Source: an uncultured Phascolarctobacterium sp.
Lineage (GTDB): Bacteria > Bacillota > Negativicutes > Acidaminococcales > Acidaminococcaceae
Reading direction: 5' to 3'
NCBI GenBank assembly: GCA_905207485.1
Contig: CAJLLL010000002.1
Location: 10,015-74,014, forward strand
DNA length: 64,000 nt
Shown: positions 18,801 through 29,579 of the stretch, one piece after another
Numbering within the stretch: the stretch's first letter is position 1
Layout: every line of letters starts with the position of its first letter
Notes under the pieces: model-generated
The model's database searches: none
Told to the model about the DNA's origin: nothing
The model's input: the letters and a program-made list of their open reading frames with translations, nothing else
Program-made: the position numbers and the translations under genes

Positions 18801-21800
18801 TTAAAACGTAACTTTATACTCCATGCCATACCAGTCTTCAGTCGTGTCGTAATCTTTGTTGCGCTCGTAGTTAATGCTCATATGGCGCGAAAGGTCATAC
18901 TGGGCAAAAATACTTTCATGCTCGCTGTCATCGCTTACGGTATAGCCAACCAGCAAATTATCCGTTAAATACTTGCTCACAAGCAGATTATACTGGTCTT
19001 TTTCATCCTCGGTAAGCTCGCCGCTTTCCTGTGACATGCTATGGCCCGTGCGCAGCCTGCCCGAATAAATCATAAATTCATTCAGCCCCAGGGTTTCCTT
19101 AAAGATTTCTTCCACGTCTCCAAGCACGGTCATTTCCAAACCAACAGTCATCAGGCTCTGGAAATCATCCTGCGTTACGCCCTGGTCAGCACCAGTTACT
19201 TCACGCTGCAGGGTCAGCATCTTAATAATCTGGTCTTTCGTCAGCGACGGGTCACTGCGCAGAATCATCTGCATCTGCTCCAGCGGCCCTGTTACACGCA
19301 GGAAAATATCATATCTTCTGAACCGTGCCGTTGCATCAAGGTTAACAGTCGGCAAAACATCACCGGGAACAGGCCATGCCACAGATGCATTGTGGATTTC
19401 AAACGGCGTGCGCAGATAAGTAATAGTGCCTTTATCCGCTTTCACGTTGCCATCTATATTAGTATACACTGTACTGCCTGTAACATGCAATCCTCCGGAA
19501 AGCCACAAATCATACAAATATTTGTTGTACAAATGGATTTTCGGGCCGAGTGTAACCTTAACATCCAGGCCGTAATTGCTGCTGCCTTCAGAAAGTTCAG
19601 GTATGGTAGGCATGTTTACCAGCACATCATCCAAACGGATATCAGCCTTAATGAACGGACGGTATCCTACACCGCCGCGGCCGCCGTTGGCGCTGTCCGT
19701 GCGGGTAAAGTAACGCTGCGGGCTGATGCCTGCCGTGCCGTTAATGCGTCCTGTAAAAATTTCGGAAGCAAATTCCGCATCTTTGAACAACGCATTAATA
19801 ATATAGGTTTTACCCTCATCAGCACGCAAAGCATAGTTACCGGATGCCGTTACCGTACCATCGCCCATCTGCATGGAAAACTCGTTAAGGGCAATTTCAT
19901 TGCCGGTAAAATCAACATCCAAATTGATATTGTCAAAAATAGTATAAGCATCACGCAATTTCAGAGAACCGCCGTGCATAACAACTTCGCCATATACCAA
20001 AGGCTCTTCCAAAGTACCGGAAAGCGTTACAGAACCGAGCGTTTCGCCTACGCCCCATTCAACCATCGGCGTCAGCAGATGCAGCAGCCCTAAACGTGCG
20101 TTATCAAGGTTCAGCTTGATATTCATTGCTGCTGCCGGGTTGCGGCGCTGTTCCTTGCTGCGCAGCAGGTCAAGCGGCATATCTCCGGATGCCGTCAGTT
20201 TGTAAATATCCTTGTTAATCTGCGCATGGTCAAGTTTTAATACATCGTTGGCAAGGCTCATCTGCATCGTCAAAGCATCAAAGCCAATACCTTCCACCGA
20301 ACCTTCCGTAAGTTCCATCTTTGCGGTGCCCTGCGGATTTTCAATACTGCCGGACAAATCAACAGCCATATCAATCTTGCCGCCTACGGCCAGCGGATAA
20401 TCCAACAGCGCCGGCACAATGGCAGGGTTGGCATTATATGCCCTTGCTTTGATATCCAGCGAATGATTACGCAGATTTACCCAGCCTCCGGCCGTCAGCG
20501 AACCGGGTTCAGGAGCATCTTTAACGCCTTTTTGTTCTTCAGGCACGCTTTCTGTCAGCTTAAGTTCATCAAAATTCAGCACGCCGTTTTGCAGGCGTCC
20601 TTTAAAGCGCATGTAATCATAACTTACATCTTTAACTTTAATATCAGATACACGCATATCGGCAAAAATGCCGCTGCCTTTGCCGCGAGGATTAATGTTC
20701 AAACGTCCGTCGGCCACGCCGTCAACATCAAGATTAACCTTTGCCATCTTCATAATGGAACGCAGATTGCCGTACATAAATTCTACTTTGCCGGTAAGGG
20801 CCTGCTCTACAGCATCCAAATTCAGCTCAGCGGCAAACATACCGTCCGGCGATTGTTCAAAGGATGCTTCAACATGGTTATTATGCTGCCCGTCCGCAGT
20901 CAGCGTACCAATAATATTTTTCAGTTCTTCACCATTAATGAGCACTGAATCACTGTTGATACTACCGTCAAAACGCGGCTGTGCCAGCGTGCCGGTTAAG
21001 CTGCCGTGCGCACTTACAAAACCATCCAAAGCAACGGTTTCATCCCTTATGGGCAAAGTGCTTAAATCCATATCGGTAATATCTACCGTAAAATCAAGGT
21101 TCTGCGCCGCATCCATTGTACCGCTTAAAGAAGCCTCTGTTGACAGCGCCTTAATATAGCCGCCGGTTAAACGCAGGCTGCCATCCGGCGCATAGTAATA
21201 CGCTGCACTAATCTGGTCTATTAAAAATCCCTCAGCACTGCCGTCCGTAAGCATTACACTGCCTTCTACCGAAGGAGCGGAAAGCGGGCCCATGATGCTT
21301 ATTTCGTTATCAACATTGCCGGTAAGTTTTACATCCGGCGCAGCCACCGCTACCAAAGGTTCCGCGCGGATGCCGCTGGTACTTACCGTAATGCCGAGTA
21401 CCGGTTCCGCACCGCCTATATCAACAAAACCATTAATAAGGTTGTAGCCCTGCTCCATTTCCACACGGTAATCCGTAAGCTGAACTACGCTGTCAACCAT
21501 GGAAATTTTGCCGTACGCTTCCGGGAAAACAAGACCGGCAATATGTACATTTTTAACCTGCGTGCTGGCATAAAAATCAATGCCGCTCAAATCGCCGCTA
21601 AAATTAAACCCTGCCGATGCAGTACCGCTGCCGTTCTGTCCGGCGGCAGCAAAAAAGCTGTCCAGCGGAAAATCAGACATTCTGCCGCTGCCGCTGAAGC
21701 TGCCGTCAAACGAAGCCTGAACCGTCAAATTCATTGCACCGCCGTCACCGGCAAAGGCAGCAAACTTTTCAACTACAACTTTATCGCCGCTGACTTCTGC

Positions 21801-23090
21801 TTCAAAATCTACATTGTTCATCAGCAAATCACGCCAGCCCAGGCGGCCCATGTTGCCCGCAACGGTAAGCTTTGTTTCGCCCTTGGTTCCTGTCTGGCCA
21901 TGTACGGCAAGCAGGCCGTCCAGAGCAATAGTATCCGCCGGATAATCCGGCAATGCCAAACCGCTGATGCCGTTTGCATTAAGCACGGCGAAAATTTCAC
22001 CATCATTGATATTATATTCACCGTCAAGGCGCAGATGCCCGCCTGCTATATCGGCACCTGCTTCATCAAGCATTACGCGGCTTTCAACAACGGTAAAAGG
22101 CACACGCATATTGCTAATCTTTGTGCCGTTAAACGCTAAAGTTTCAGCCTCAAGCTCGCCTTTACCCTGTATGTTTTCCAAATCGGCAAAATCAATATCG
22201 CAATTGAGCGTAGCAGTATTTTCGCCAACAGTCAGCGCCAGGTCTTCCGCTTCAACATCACGGTCACTGGCCTTAAGCCCGCCTGCCAGTTTAACAGGCA
22301 GCGGTTCACCGCCCAGCAGGGCATCTGCCGATAAAGCAATTTGCCCTTTGCCGCTCAATTTAGTATTTTCACCATCGTTTTCCCAAATCAGGTTCAACCC
22401 TTCAACCTGACCGGCAAAATTTTGTATTGGCGCATACGCCGCCGCAAAATCGCCAAAATCAGTCAAGCCAAATTTTTCAGTTTTTAAAGAAAGCTGCCCA
22501 TGCGCGTTGGTATCAACAACGCCGCTGACTTTCAATTCATCGCCGCCGTAAGTTACAGTGCCGTCAACTGCAAAATCCGGGTTTGCCCCGCCATCTACAG
22601 AAGCATTAACGCCAAAATCCCAGCTGCCATGCGGAGTTGCAATATGCACCTCTGCATCATTTACGGCAAGATACCCATAAAAAGGAGTCTCCGAAGAATC
22701 GGACGGTTTTAAAAAATTGCGCAGGTTCCATTCATCCTGCTCGTTCATCTGTAAATAAAGCTGCGGAGATGTTAAAACAACCTCGCTTAAAGCACGTTCA
22801 GGCGCAACAAAAGCACGCAGCGGTGAAATTCCAAATTTTGCTTCCGGAATTTCAGCAATGCGCGCGCCATCAGCACCGTTTACCTTTATGCCGTAGGCAG
22901 TGAACTCCAGCCTGCCGTTCCAGTCAAGACGTTCCAGCGTTGCAGTACCGTTAATATAATTTTGCGACATGGTTTTTACAAGCTGCGGCACCTGTGCCAG
23001 ATACTGCGGGGCAATAAACTTTACAGCCCACATATAAAGCGCTGCCGTTGCCAGCAAAACCACTATAAAAATTTTTAAAATTCTATTCAT
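18801..23090 (-). CDS. tamB: Translocation and assembly module protein TamB (AsmA-like, DUF490)
   Basis: 1429 aa with an N-terminal TM anchor and a long beta-rich repetitive body; the C-terminal region matches the TamB/DUF490 family. Confidence 0.85.
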   Translation of the reverse strand: MNRILKIFIVVLLATAALYMWAVKFIAPQYLAQVPQLVKTMSQNYINGTATLERLDWNGRLEFTAYGIKVNGADGARIAEIPEAKFGISPLRAFVAPERALSEVVLTSPQLYLQMNEQDEWNLRNFLKPSDSSETPFYGYLAVNDAEVHIATPHGSWDFGVNASVDGGANPDFAVDGTVTYGGDELKVSGVVDTNAHGQLSLKTEKFGLTDFGDFAAAYAPIQNFAGQVEGLNLIWENDGENTKLSGKGQIALSADALLGGEPLPVKLAGGLKASDRDVEAEDLALTVGENTATLNCDIDFADLENIQGKGELEAETLAFNGTKISNMRVPFTVVESRVMLDEAGADIAGGHLRLDGEYNINDGEIFAVLNANGISGLALPDYPADTIALDGLLAVHGQTGTKGETKLTVAGNMGRLGWRDLLMNNVDFEAEVSGDKVVVEKFAAFAGDGGAMNLTVQASFDGSFSGSGRMSDFPLDSFFAAAGQNGSGTASAGFNFSGDLSGIDFYASTQVKNVHIAGLVFPEAYGKISMVDSVVQLTDYRVEMEQGYNLINGFVDIGGAEPVLGITVSTSGIRAEPLVAVAAPDVKLTGNVDNEISIMGPLSAPSVEGSVMLTDGSAEGFLIDQISAAYYYAPDGSLRLTGGYIKALSTEASLSGTMDAAQNLDFTVDITDMDLSTLPIRDETVALDGFVSAHGSLTGTLAQPRFDGSINSDSVLINGEELKNIIGTLTADGQHNNHVEASFEQSPDGMFAAELNLDAVEQALTGKVEFMYGNLRSIMKMAKVNLDVDGVADGRLNINPRGKGSGIFADMRVSDIKVKDVSYDYMRFKGRLQNGVLNFDELKLTESVPEEQKGVKDAPEPGSLTAGGWVNLRNHSLDIKARAYNANPAIVPALLDYPLAVGGKIDMAVDLSGSIENPQGTAKMELTEGSVEGIGFDALTMQMSLANDVLKLDHAQINKDIYKLTASGDMPLDLLRSKEQRRNPAAAMNIKLNLDNARLGLLHLLTPMVEWGVGETLGSVTLSGTLEEPLVYGEVVMHGGSLKLRDAYTIFDNINLDVDFTGNEIALNEFSMQMGDGTVTASGNYALRADEGKTYIINALFKDAEFASEIFTGRINGTAGISPQRYFTRTDSANGGRGGVGYRPFIKADIRLDDVLVNMPTIPELSEGSSNYGLDVKVTLGPKIHLYNKYLYDLWLSGGLHVTGSTVYTNIDGNVKADKGTITYLRTPFEIHNASVAWPVPGDVLPTVNLDATARFRRYDIFLRVTGPLEQMQMILRSDPSLTKDQIIKMLTLQREVTGADQGVTQDDFQSLMTVGLEMTVLGDVEEIFKETLGLNEFMIYSGRLRTGHSMSQESGELTEDEKDQYNLLVSKYLTDNLLVGYTVSDDSEHESIFAQYDLSRHMSINYERNKDYDTTEDWYGMEYKVTF

Positions 23091-23232
23091 AATCTGCCTC
23101 CGCAGAAAAATTATACTTTAACAGTTTATGTATTCTACGTTAAAAATAATCTTCCTGCCGTTTTGAAACAGAAAAAGCACTGCACCTTAAATTTTACAAG
23201 ATGCAATGCTTTTTAATGTAATTTAATTTATA

Positions 23233-24771
23233 TTATTCGGCATTTTCAGCAGTTTCTTCTGCTGCATTGTCTGCATTTTCTGCTGCCAGTGCAGTTTCTG
23301 TCTGCGCTGGTTCAGTTTCAGCAGCGGGCTGCTGACTTTCGGCAGCTTGCGTATCTGCGTTCTGAGCAGCAGCTTCGGTTTCTGCAGGCTGCTGTGCTTC
23401 AGCCGGTGTATCTACCGGTTCCGGGAAAGTTCTCGGTTCCGGTACGGGAACGCCTACGCCCATAGAAGTGTTGAGAGCTGCTTTGGATGTATTGTAATCA
23501 TACAATGCTTTTACATAATTGGTTTTAGCTTCCGTCAGGGCAACCTGAGCATCCATAACGTCAATATTGGTGCCTACGCCTGCCTGGTAACGAACTACTG
23601 CAATATGGTAATCTTCTTCTGCCTGTGCAACGGCTACCTGCGTAGTGCTGATACGTTTTTCAGCTTCGCGCATGCTCAGGTAATCGGTGCGCACTTCCAG
23701 TTCAACAGCATCTCTTACCTGGCGCTGGGTTTCTTTGGCTTTTGCCAAATTTTCCTGCGCTGCATGAATTTTAGACCAGGTTACGCCGCTGTCGAAAATA
23801 TTCATGCTGGCCGTAATGCCTACTGCCCAGTTCTCATCATCATCACCGGGCCAGTTGCTGCCATCGCCGCCCCAATAATTGCTGGCATTAGCACTGATTT
23901 TAGGCATATGCCCGCTGCGTGCAACAACAAGTGCCGCTTCGGCAGCGTCAACGCCGTATTCCGCCTGTTTTAATTCCGGGCGGTGTTCCTTGCTGTATGC
24001 AAGGCAGTAAGCCATATCATTCTCATACGGCACATATTGCAGGCTGTCTTTTAAAATAAGGGTTGTGCTAAGCGGCGTACCGATAATATTATTCAAAGTT
24101 GCTTCCGCAACATCATAGCCGTTTTCCGCACTGATAAGGTCCTGCTTGGCATTGGCAAGTTCTACTTCACTGCGCAGTACGTCCGCACGGGCAACAATGC
24201 CTACATTGTACTGGGCAATTACGTTATCCAGATGCGCCTGTAAACGGTCAACAGATTCCTGGCACAGTGTTTTCATATTGCCTGCATCAAGCATGCTGAA
24301 ATAACCGTCAGTTGCGGTTTCCTTCATTTCAATGTAAGCTTGTTCTTCGGCAGAAAGCATGCTGCGGTAATTAGCCTTAGCCTGGCCAATCTTCCCCTGC
24401 AGTTCGCCGCCGGTAAAAATCGGCAGGCTGGCAGTAACAGAGTTGCTGTGGCTGTTGCCGATTTGTTTACCGAGATTAATAGTGCCCATAAACTGATTAT
24501 CTGCATAACCGCCGCGGCCAGTGCTATGATTCAAGCTGATGCTGATGCCGCGCGCGCTTTTAGCCGCACTGTAATCAGCCTTCGCTGCTTTTCTGTTATA
24601 TTCAGCAATTTTTACGCTCGGGTTGCTTAACAGCGCCCTTTGGATGGTTTCGTCCAAATCCAGCTCCAAAGTAGCGGCAAAAACAGACTGGGAACACAAA
24701 GCGGTTAAAGCCGCAGTAAGAGCCAGTACGTTTTTGGCTTTTTTATAACTGAACATTTCTTTTACCTCCAA
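23233..24771 (-). CDS. tolC: TolC-family outer membrane efflux protein
   Basis: 512 aa with a signal peptide and two TolC repeats. It also has an unusual ~70-aa acidic Pro/Glu/Ala/Gln-rich C-terminal tail. Confidence 0.85.
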   Translation of the reverse strand: MEVKEMFSYKKAKNVLALTAALTALCSQSVFAATLELDLDETIQRALLSNPSVKIAEYNRKAAKADYSAAKSARGISISLNHSTGRGGYADNQFMGTINLGKQIGNSHSNSVTASLPIFTGGELQGKIGQAKANYRSMLSAEEQAYIEMKETATDGYFSMLDAGNMKTLCQESVDRLQAHLDNVIAQYNVGIVARADVLRSEVELANAKQDLISAENGYDVAEATLNNIIGTPLSTTLILKDSLQYVPYENDMAYCLAYSKEHRPELKQAEYGVDAAEAALVVARSGHMPKISANASNYWGGDGSNWPGDDDENWAVGITASMNIFDSGVTWSKIHAAQENLAKAKETQRQVRDAVELEVRTDYLSMREAEKRISTTQVAVAQAEEDYHIAVVRYQAGVGTNIDVMDAQVALTEAKTNYVKALYDYNTSKAALNTSMGVGVPVPEPRTFPEPVDTPAEAQQPAETEAAAQNADTQAAESQQPAAETEPAQTETALAAENADNAAEETAENAE

Positions 24772-24852
24772 TCATTGACTGATTAGTCAGTGCTTAAATT
24801 TTATATTTTTTATTTTCAAAAGTCAACTGTTTTTTCTAAAGTTAACAAATTT

Positions 24853-26121
24853 TTAAAAATATGTACGCACGCCAACATAAGTATTGCTCTTGCTGCCATG
24901 CCTCAAATCTGTCTGCTCGCCCAAAAGCGATAAGTTATCGTTCAGTTTCAGTTCACCGCCGAGTTTAACTTTGGCATCGTCAAAATCATATACCTGCGTA
25001 TATAAACGGAAGCGGTCGGCTATATCATAACCAAGCCCTACACCAAACTCGCCCTGCATTGCACCCATGCTTACATCGGCGGCGCCCAGTTCCTTGCCAA
25101 ACTGCAAATCAAGTTTGTTGCTGTCGCCAAGGTCATAGCCGCCCAGGTAAAAAAAAGTATCTTCCTGCGGGCGCAGGGTTACGCCCAAATTGCTGCGCCA
25201 GTCGCCGCCTTCCGCGCTATGCGTTACATCGGCGCTGATTTCAGCAGTTTCCAAAACGCCCAGCATGCGGTTAGCCTTTTCGCTTGCTTCGCGGGCATTA
25301 TGCAGCGTCGCCTTTAAATCATCCTCAGTCTGCGGGTCACTGGCAACTTTTTCCAGCAGCTTGCTTGCTTCTTCAATGCGGGCGCTTGTTTTCGCCATAT
25401 TTTCAATAATAAGTGCAAAATTCTGCCCTGCGTGCCCTTCATTTACTTCAGTAATAATATTTTCCATGCTGTCTGCTGTCTGGTTCATACGTGCAGACAT
25501 TTCGCTGAGCTGTTTAACCATAACGTTAATTTGCTGCTGGTTATCAACCGCCACATCCGCCATTACTTTGGTAAAGGCGTTCATGTTGGCGCTGATTTCC
25601 TTCATGTTCAAAAACCCTTCGCGCATCGATTGCTGCACTTCCGGGTCGCCAAATACATTATCAAGAGCATCGGCAATGTTTTCTACTTTTTTAAGCACTT
25701 CTCCGGAAGAACTCATAAAAGTATCAAACCCGCCTCCCGGCGTGCCGTTTACTCTGGCTCCATCTTCCAAAAAGCCGCTTACTGCCCGCGGGGGAGGCTG
25801 AATATCTACAAATTTTTCACCCAAAATCCCGTCTGCGCCAATGGTGAACAGAGCTTCCTGCGGAATCTGCACATTGTCGTTAATTTCAGCAACAACTTCA
25901 ATACCATCATCATTAACGGTAAGGCCTTTAACGGTGCCAACCTGCACGCCCGCATAACGCACCATATTGCCTGCCATCAGCCCGCCAACCTGCGGATAAT
26001 CAATGGTTATATCGTATTTATCGCTGCCGAAACTGAACGTTCCCAAAAAGGTTATCATCGCCGCCAGAATGGCTGCGCCGCCCAGTGTCACTGCGCCTAC
26101 TTTAACTTCGCTGGAACTCAT
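24853..26121 (-). CDS. mlaD: MlaD (MCE-domain) protein with long C-terminal extension
   Basis: 422 aa with an N-terminal TM helix, an MCE domain, and a long helical region. The C-terminal ~100 aa have beta-strand periodicity and end ...YVGVRTYF with a terminal aromatic residue. Confidence 0.85.
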   Translation of the reverse strand: MSSSEVKVGAVTLGGAAILAAMITFLGTFSFGSDKYDITIDYPQVGGLMAGNMVRYAGVQVGTVKGLTVNDDGIEVVAEINDNVQIPQEALFTIGADGILGEKFVDIQPPPRAVSGFLEDGARVNGTPGGGFDTFMSSSGEVLKKVENIADALDNVFGDPEVQQSMREGFLNMKEISANMNAFTKVMADVAVDNQQQINVMVKQLSEMSARMNQTADSMENIITEVNEGHAGQNFALIIENMAKTSARIEEASKLLEKVASDPQTEDDLKATLHNAREASEKANRMLGVLETAEISADVTHSAEGGDWRSNLGVTLRPQEDTFFYLGGYDLGDSNKLDLQFGKELGAADVSMGAMQGEFGVGLGYDIADRFRLYTQVYDFDDAKVKLGGELKLNDNLSLLGEQTDLRHGSKSNTYVGVRTYF

Positions 26122-26876
26122 GTTATCACCTGCTCTTTAATCTCGCGCCCTTCAATAAAGGCTTTAACTATCGGGTTTGTGCTCTGTTTTATCTCTTCCG
26201 CCGTGCCTATGGCAACTATGCGCCCTTTGTACAGCATGGCAACGCGGTCTGCTGCGTAAAACGCCGATTGCATATCATGCGTTACCAAAACGGAAGTAAC
26301 ATGAAGCTGCTGCTGCGTCTTTTTAATAAGACGGCTGATATTGCGGCTCATAATCGGGTCAAGCCCTGCCGTCGGTTCATCGTACAGAACTATCTCCGGG
26401 CTAACAGCTATCGCCCGCGCAAGCCCTACGCGTTTTTTCATACCGCCGCTGAGCTCCGCCGGATATAAATCCTGCGTGCCGGGCAGCCCTACCATATCAA
26501 GCATTTGAGCCACAATCTGCTGAATTTCTTTTTCGCTTTTATCCGTATGCTGCCGCAGCCCAAATGCCACGTTTTCGCCTACGGTTAAAAAATCGAACAG
26601 CGCCGAATACTGAAATACCATGCCCATTTTCATGCGCAGGCGGTTCCAGCCGTCCTCATCCAGTTCCGAAACATCTTCGCCCTGAATGTAAATTTTGCCG
26701 CCGCCGGGCTCCAAAAGCCCTATCATCGAACGCAACACCGTACTTTTGCCGGTGCCGGACGGGCCGAGAATGGCAAGCGTTTCGCCCTTGTAAACATCAA
26801 GGTCAATGTTATCCAGCACTGTATGCGTACCGAAGGTAATATTTAATTGGCGTAAACTTATTACCGCTTCTGCCAT
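26118..26876 (-). CDS. mlaF: Phospholipid ABC transporter ATP-binding protein
   Basis: 252 aa with Walker A GPSGTGKST and signature LSGGMKKR. Confidence 0.9.
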   Translation of the reverse strand: MAEAVISLRQLNITFGTHTVLDNIDLDVYKGETLAILGPSGTGKSTVLRSMIGLLEPGGGKIYIQGEDVSELDEDGWNRLRMKMGMVFQYSALFDFLTVGENVAFGLRQHTDKSEKEIQQIVAQMLDMVGLPGTQDLYPAELSGGMKKRVGLARAIAVSPEIVLYDEPTAGLDPIMSRNISRLIKKTQQQLHVTSVLVTHDMQSAFYAADRVAMLYKGRIVAIGTAEEIKQSTNPIVKAFIEGREIKEQVIT

Positions 26877-26885
26877 TTGCTAACC

Positions 26886-27656
26886 TCATACATAAAGCAC
26901 TGCCGATAAAAAATAATTGGCAATGAAAATTAAAATTATCGAAAGCACTACCGATTCCGTTGTCGCAAGGCCTACGCCCTCAGCGCCCTGTTTGGCGCCA
27001 AGCCCTTTATGGCTTGCCACAATGGCGATAATGCCGCCGAAAACCATGCTTTTAATCATACCGCCCGTAACATCAAAAATATCGGCAAACACCTTAATGG
27101 AATTAATATAGGTAAAATTGCTGATGCCTGCATAGTAATGCGCTACTACCCAACCGCCGATATTACCTATGCCGTTGGCAAAAACAATAAGTACCGGCAT
27201 CATCAGCACCGCCGCCAGAAAGCGCGGCACTACAAGATATGTTATCGGGTTGGTTGCCATAACTTTCAAAGCATCAATCTGTTCCGTTACTTTCATAGTG
27301 CCAAGTTCCGCCGCAATGGCTGCGCCGATACGCCCGGCAACAACAACGCCGGTAAGCACCGGTACAAGTTCGCGTCCCAGTGCAATGGCAACAATGCCGC
27401 CGACGGAAGAAGCCGCACCGAAACGTACAAATTCCGTTGCCGTCTGCAAGGCAAAAACCATGCCCGTAAAAAGTATCGTCATTAAAACAATGGGCAGGGA
27501 ATCAGCGCCAAGCCTTGCCATCTGCCGCACAGTTTCGCGAGCGTTGGCATATTTAAGGCGCGCCGCAGTATCTAAAAAAAGCTGCATAATACGCCCCGTA
27601 TTTTCGCATGAGCTAATGGTATATCTTCCCACAGCCGCACAGATTTCTTTCAGCAT
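26886..27656 (-). CDS. mlaE: Phospholipid ABC transporter permease
   Basis: 256-aa polytopic MlaE/YrbE-family permease. Confidence 0.9.
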   Translation of the reverse strand: MLKEICAAVGRYTISSCENTGRIMQLFLDTAARLKYANARETVRQMARLGADSLPIVLMTILFTGMVFALQTATEFVRFGAASSVGGIVAIALGRELVPVLTGVVVAGRIGAAIAAELGTMKVTEQIDALKVMATNPITYLVVPRFLAAVLMMPVLIVFANGIGNIGGWVVAHYYAGISNFTYINSIKVFADIFDVTGGMIKSMVFGGIIAIVASHKGLGAKQGAEGVGLATTESVVLSIILIFIANYFLSAVLYV

Positions 27657-27766
27657 CAGCCTCTTCCTTTCCCCAAAAATTTTAATCTGTTGTTATATAA
27701 TTCAACATAAAGCAAAGATTCCCTGCTTATGGCAAACAACGCTTTTTAACGATTTTGTAAAATTTA

Positions 27767-29446
27767 TCAGTCTGTAACGTCAACCATAATGTCTGCCGTA
27801 CCGTCCACAATAAAGTTTACTGTGGTTTTCTGTTTGGCAGGAGTGCCTGCAAGTGCCGCAGCAAAGCCTGTATCCTGCTGCTCTGCCATCATATCAGGAT
27901 TTGGCAGCGCAGCAATGTCAACGATAATTTCATTATTCTGGTCAGCGTTGTTGATATCTGCAATAAAGTCTTTTAAAGTGCGGCGCTGAGGCTGTTTGGC
28001 AGCAGGTATGCCTTCTTCCTGCTGGCGTTTCATCAGTTCCTGCATCCACGCCAGACTGCTGCCGCCGCGCACATTAAGCGCCAGTTTGCCGGGCTGCTGC
28101 TGTTTTGGCACGGTAAACTGCACCGTTTTGGTTATTTTTGCCGAGCGGTAAGGCTGCATTTCCACATCAATGTTCAGCACCTCGCCCGGATGCACTTCCA
28201 GTTTTTGCGGACGGGCAGAAATAATCTCCGCTACTTCCGGCTCCGTGCCGATAGCGACATTCGCTTCAATGTTATAAACATCTATTTTTTCAAACTTATT
28301 CTGCGCAAGCAATGTTGCCGCCTGCACCAGTTCCTGGCTAATCATTTTTAAAATGCCGGTATCGGCATAATACATATTTTCACGTTTAATTTCAATCTGC
28401 TCGCCGTTTGCGCTGCGCCCGTCAATGCGGAAATCAAAACGCGCCGTACCGCCGCCTTCCCTGTCGGCAACACGGGTAACGGTGTTATAGGTAACGGCAT
28501 CAACCATGGCAGGCAAAAGCACATCGTCGTCAATAAGTTCGGTGCGTGCGCTGCCGTTTACCCCGCGCGAAGTATCCGTAACCGATACATACATGGGTAT
28601 AACCTTAGGCTGCGCGCCGATTTCAGCAGCAATGCCCGCGCTGCGGTCCTGCGTTACGGTGCCGATGGTCTCACCAAGATTACCAACTTTATAAGCGCTC
28701 TGCAAATTGGGCAGTGAAGTTAAAATCCACGCCCTTTCCAAAAAGTAATTGCTGTCGCCGCGCTGCATAAACGGATGCCCAAATGCCAGCAAGGTGCCGT
28801 CATCACCCATCCATGTTACCGTTCCCAATGCGCCAAGGCGGATATCGCCGCGTATCAGTGATACGCCGATAGCACTGCCCGGTTCAAGGGCTTTATCAGA
28901 TGTGAAATTACCGCTTCCGCCTGCGCCAGTTGCGCTAAGCCCAAGCGGAGCAAGTTTTTGGTTTAAATAATCAAGCCCGGCAGAAGTAAAGCCTCCTGCC
29001 ATCAGCATAGTGCTTTTAGGAATAAACTCCGAAGGGCGCGGGCTTGTTTCGTTCAACAAATCAAGCATCCTCCCGATAGGAGTTAAAAAGCAGTAGTGCG
29101 GGTCATTAAATTCCTTACCAAAAGCAACGGCGCCTACAAGACGGCCATCAATATAAACCGGGCTGCCGCTCATGCCCTGCGCCACGCCGCCGCTGTTTTC
29201 AATCAGGCTGCCGCCTGTACGCACAAGAATGCTGTAGCCGCTTGCCTCGCTGCCGGTAACGCCAATAACTTCCACGTCAAAATTTTCAACGGTATCGCCG
29301 CTCACAACGGTTTTGCCAATGCCGTGCATGCCAGGGCGCACATCTTCAACCGGCATCAGCGGCACATTAGCCGCACACACCAAAGGCAGGCTTAGCAGCA
29401 AAAGAATATTAAAAATAAATGATAATACTAATTTTTTTGTTCTCAT
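27767..29446 (-). CDS. SpoIVB-type serine peptidase (MEROPS S55 family)
   Basis: Signal peptide present. The catalytic serine motif GMSGSPVYIDGRLVGAVAFG is characteristic of SpoIVB/S55. The start was chosen at the internal Met (MRTKKLVL...); the full ORF extends to 29515. Confidence 0.65.
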   Translation of the reverse strand: MRTKKLVLSFIFNILLLLSLPLVCAANVPLMPVEDVRPGMHGIGKTVVSGDTVENFDVEVIGVTGSEASGYSILVRTGGSLIENSGGVAQGMSGSPVYIDGRLVGAVAFGKEFNDPHYCFLTPIGRMLDLLNETSPRPSEFIPKSTMLMAGGFTSAGLDYLNQKLAPLGLSATGAGGSGNFTSDKALEPGSAIGVSLIRGDIRLGALGTVTWMGDDGTLLAFGHPFMQRGDSNYFLERAWILTSLPNLQSAYKVGNLGETIGTVTQDRSAGIAAEIGAQPKVIPMYVSVTDTSRGVNGSARTELIDDDVLLPAMVDAVTYNTVTRVADREGGGTARFDFRIDGRSANGEQIEIKRENMYYADTGILKMISQELVQAATLLAQNKFEKIDVYNIEANVAIGTEPEVAEIISARPQKLEVHPGEVLNIDVEMQPYRSAKITKTVQFTVPKQQQPGKLALNVRGGSSLAWMQELMKRQQEEGIPAAKQPQRRTLKDFIADINNADQNNEIIVDIAALPNPDMMAEQQDTGFAAALAGTPAKQKTTVNFIVDGTADIMVDVTD

Positions 29447-29579
29447 AAATCCCTCAGTTAATGCAAAACCGGCATGGGTACAACACCGCACGCCGGTTAA
29501 ATTTGGTTTAAACAAACAGCCGCACGCAGATTGGCATGCATGGCTATATTATACTATTTAAAAATTTTTCTGGCAAGCA

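Noticed and set aside
19041-20093. 350-aa plus-strand ORF
   Set aside because: It is entirely inside the tamB coding region on the opposite strand and is rich in R/C/H/Q junk composition. It is an antisense artefact of a long GC-biased gene.
25432-26259. 275-aa plus-strand ORF spanning mlaD/mlaF
   Set aside because: It is antisense to two strongly supported genes and crosses their junction. It has no RBS and no motifs.
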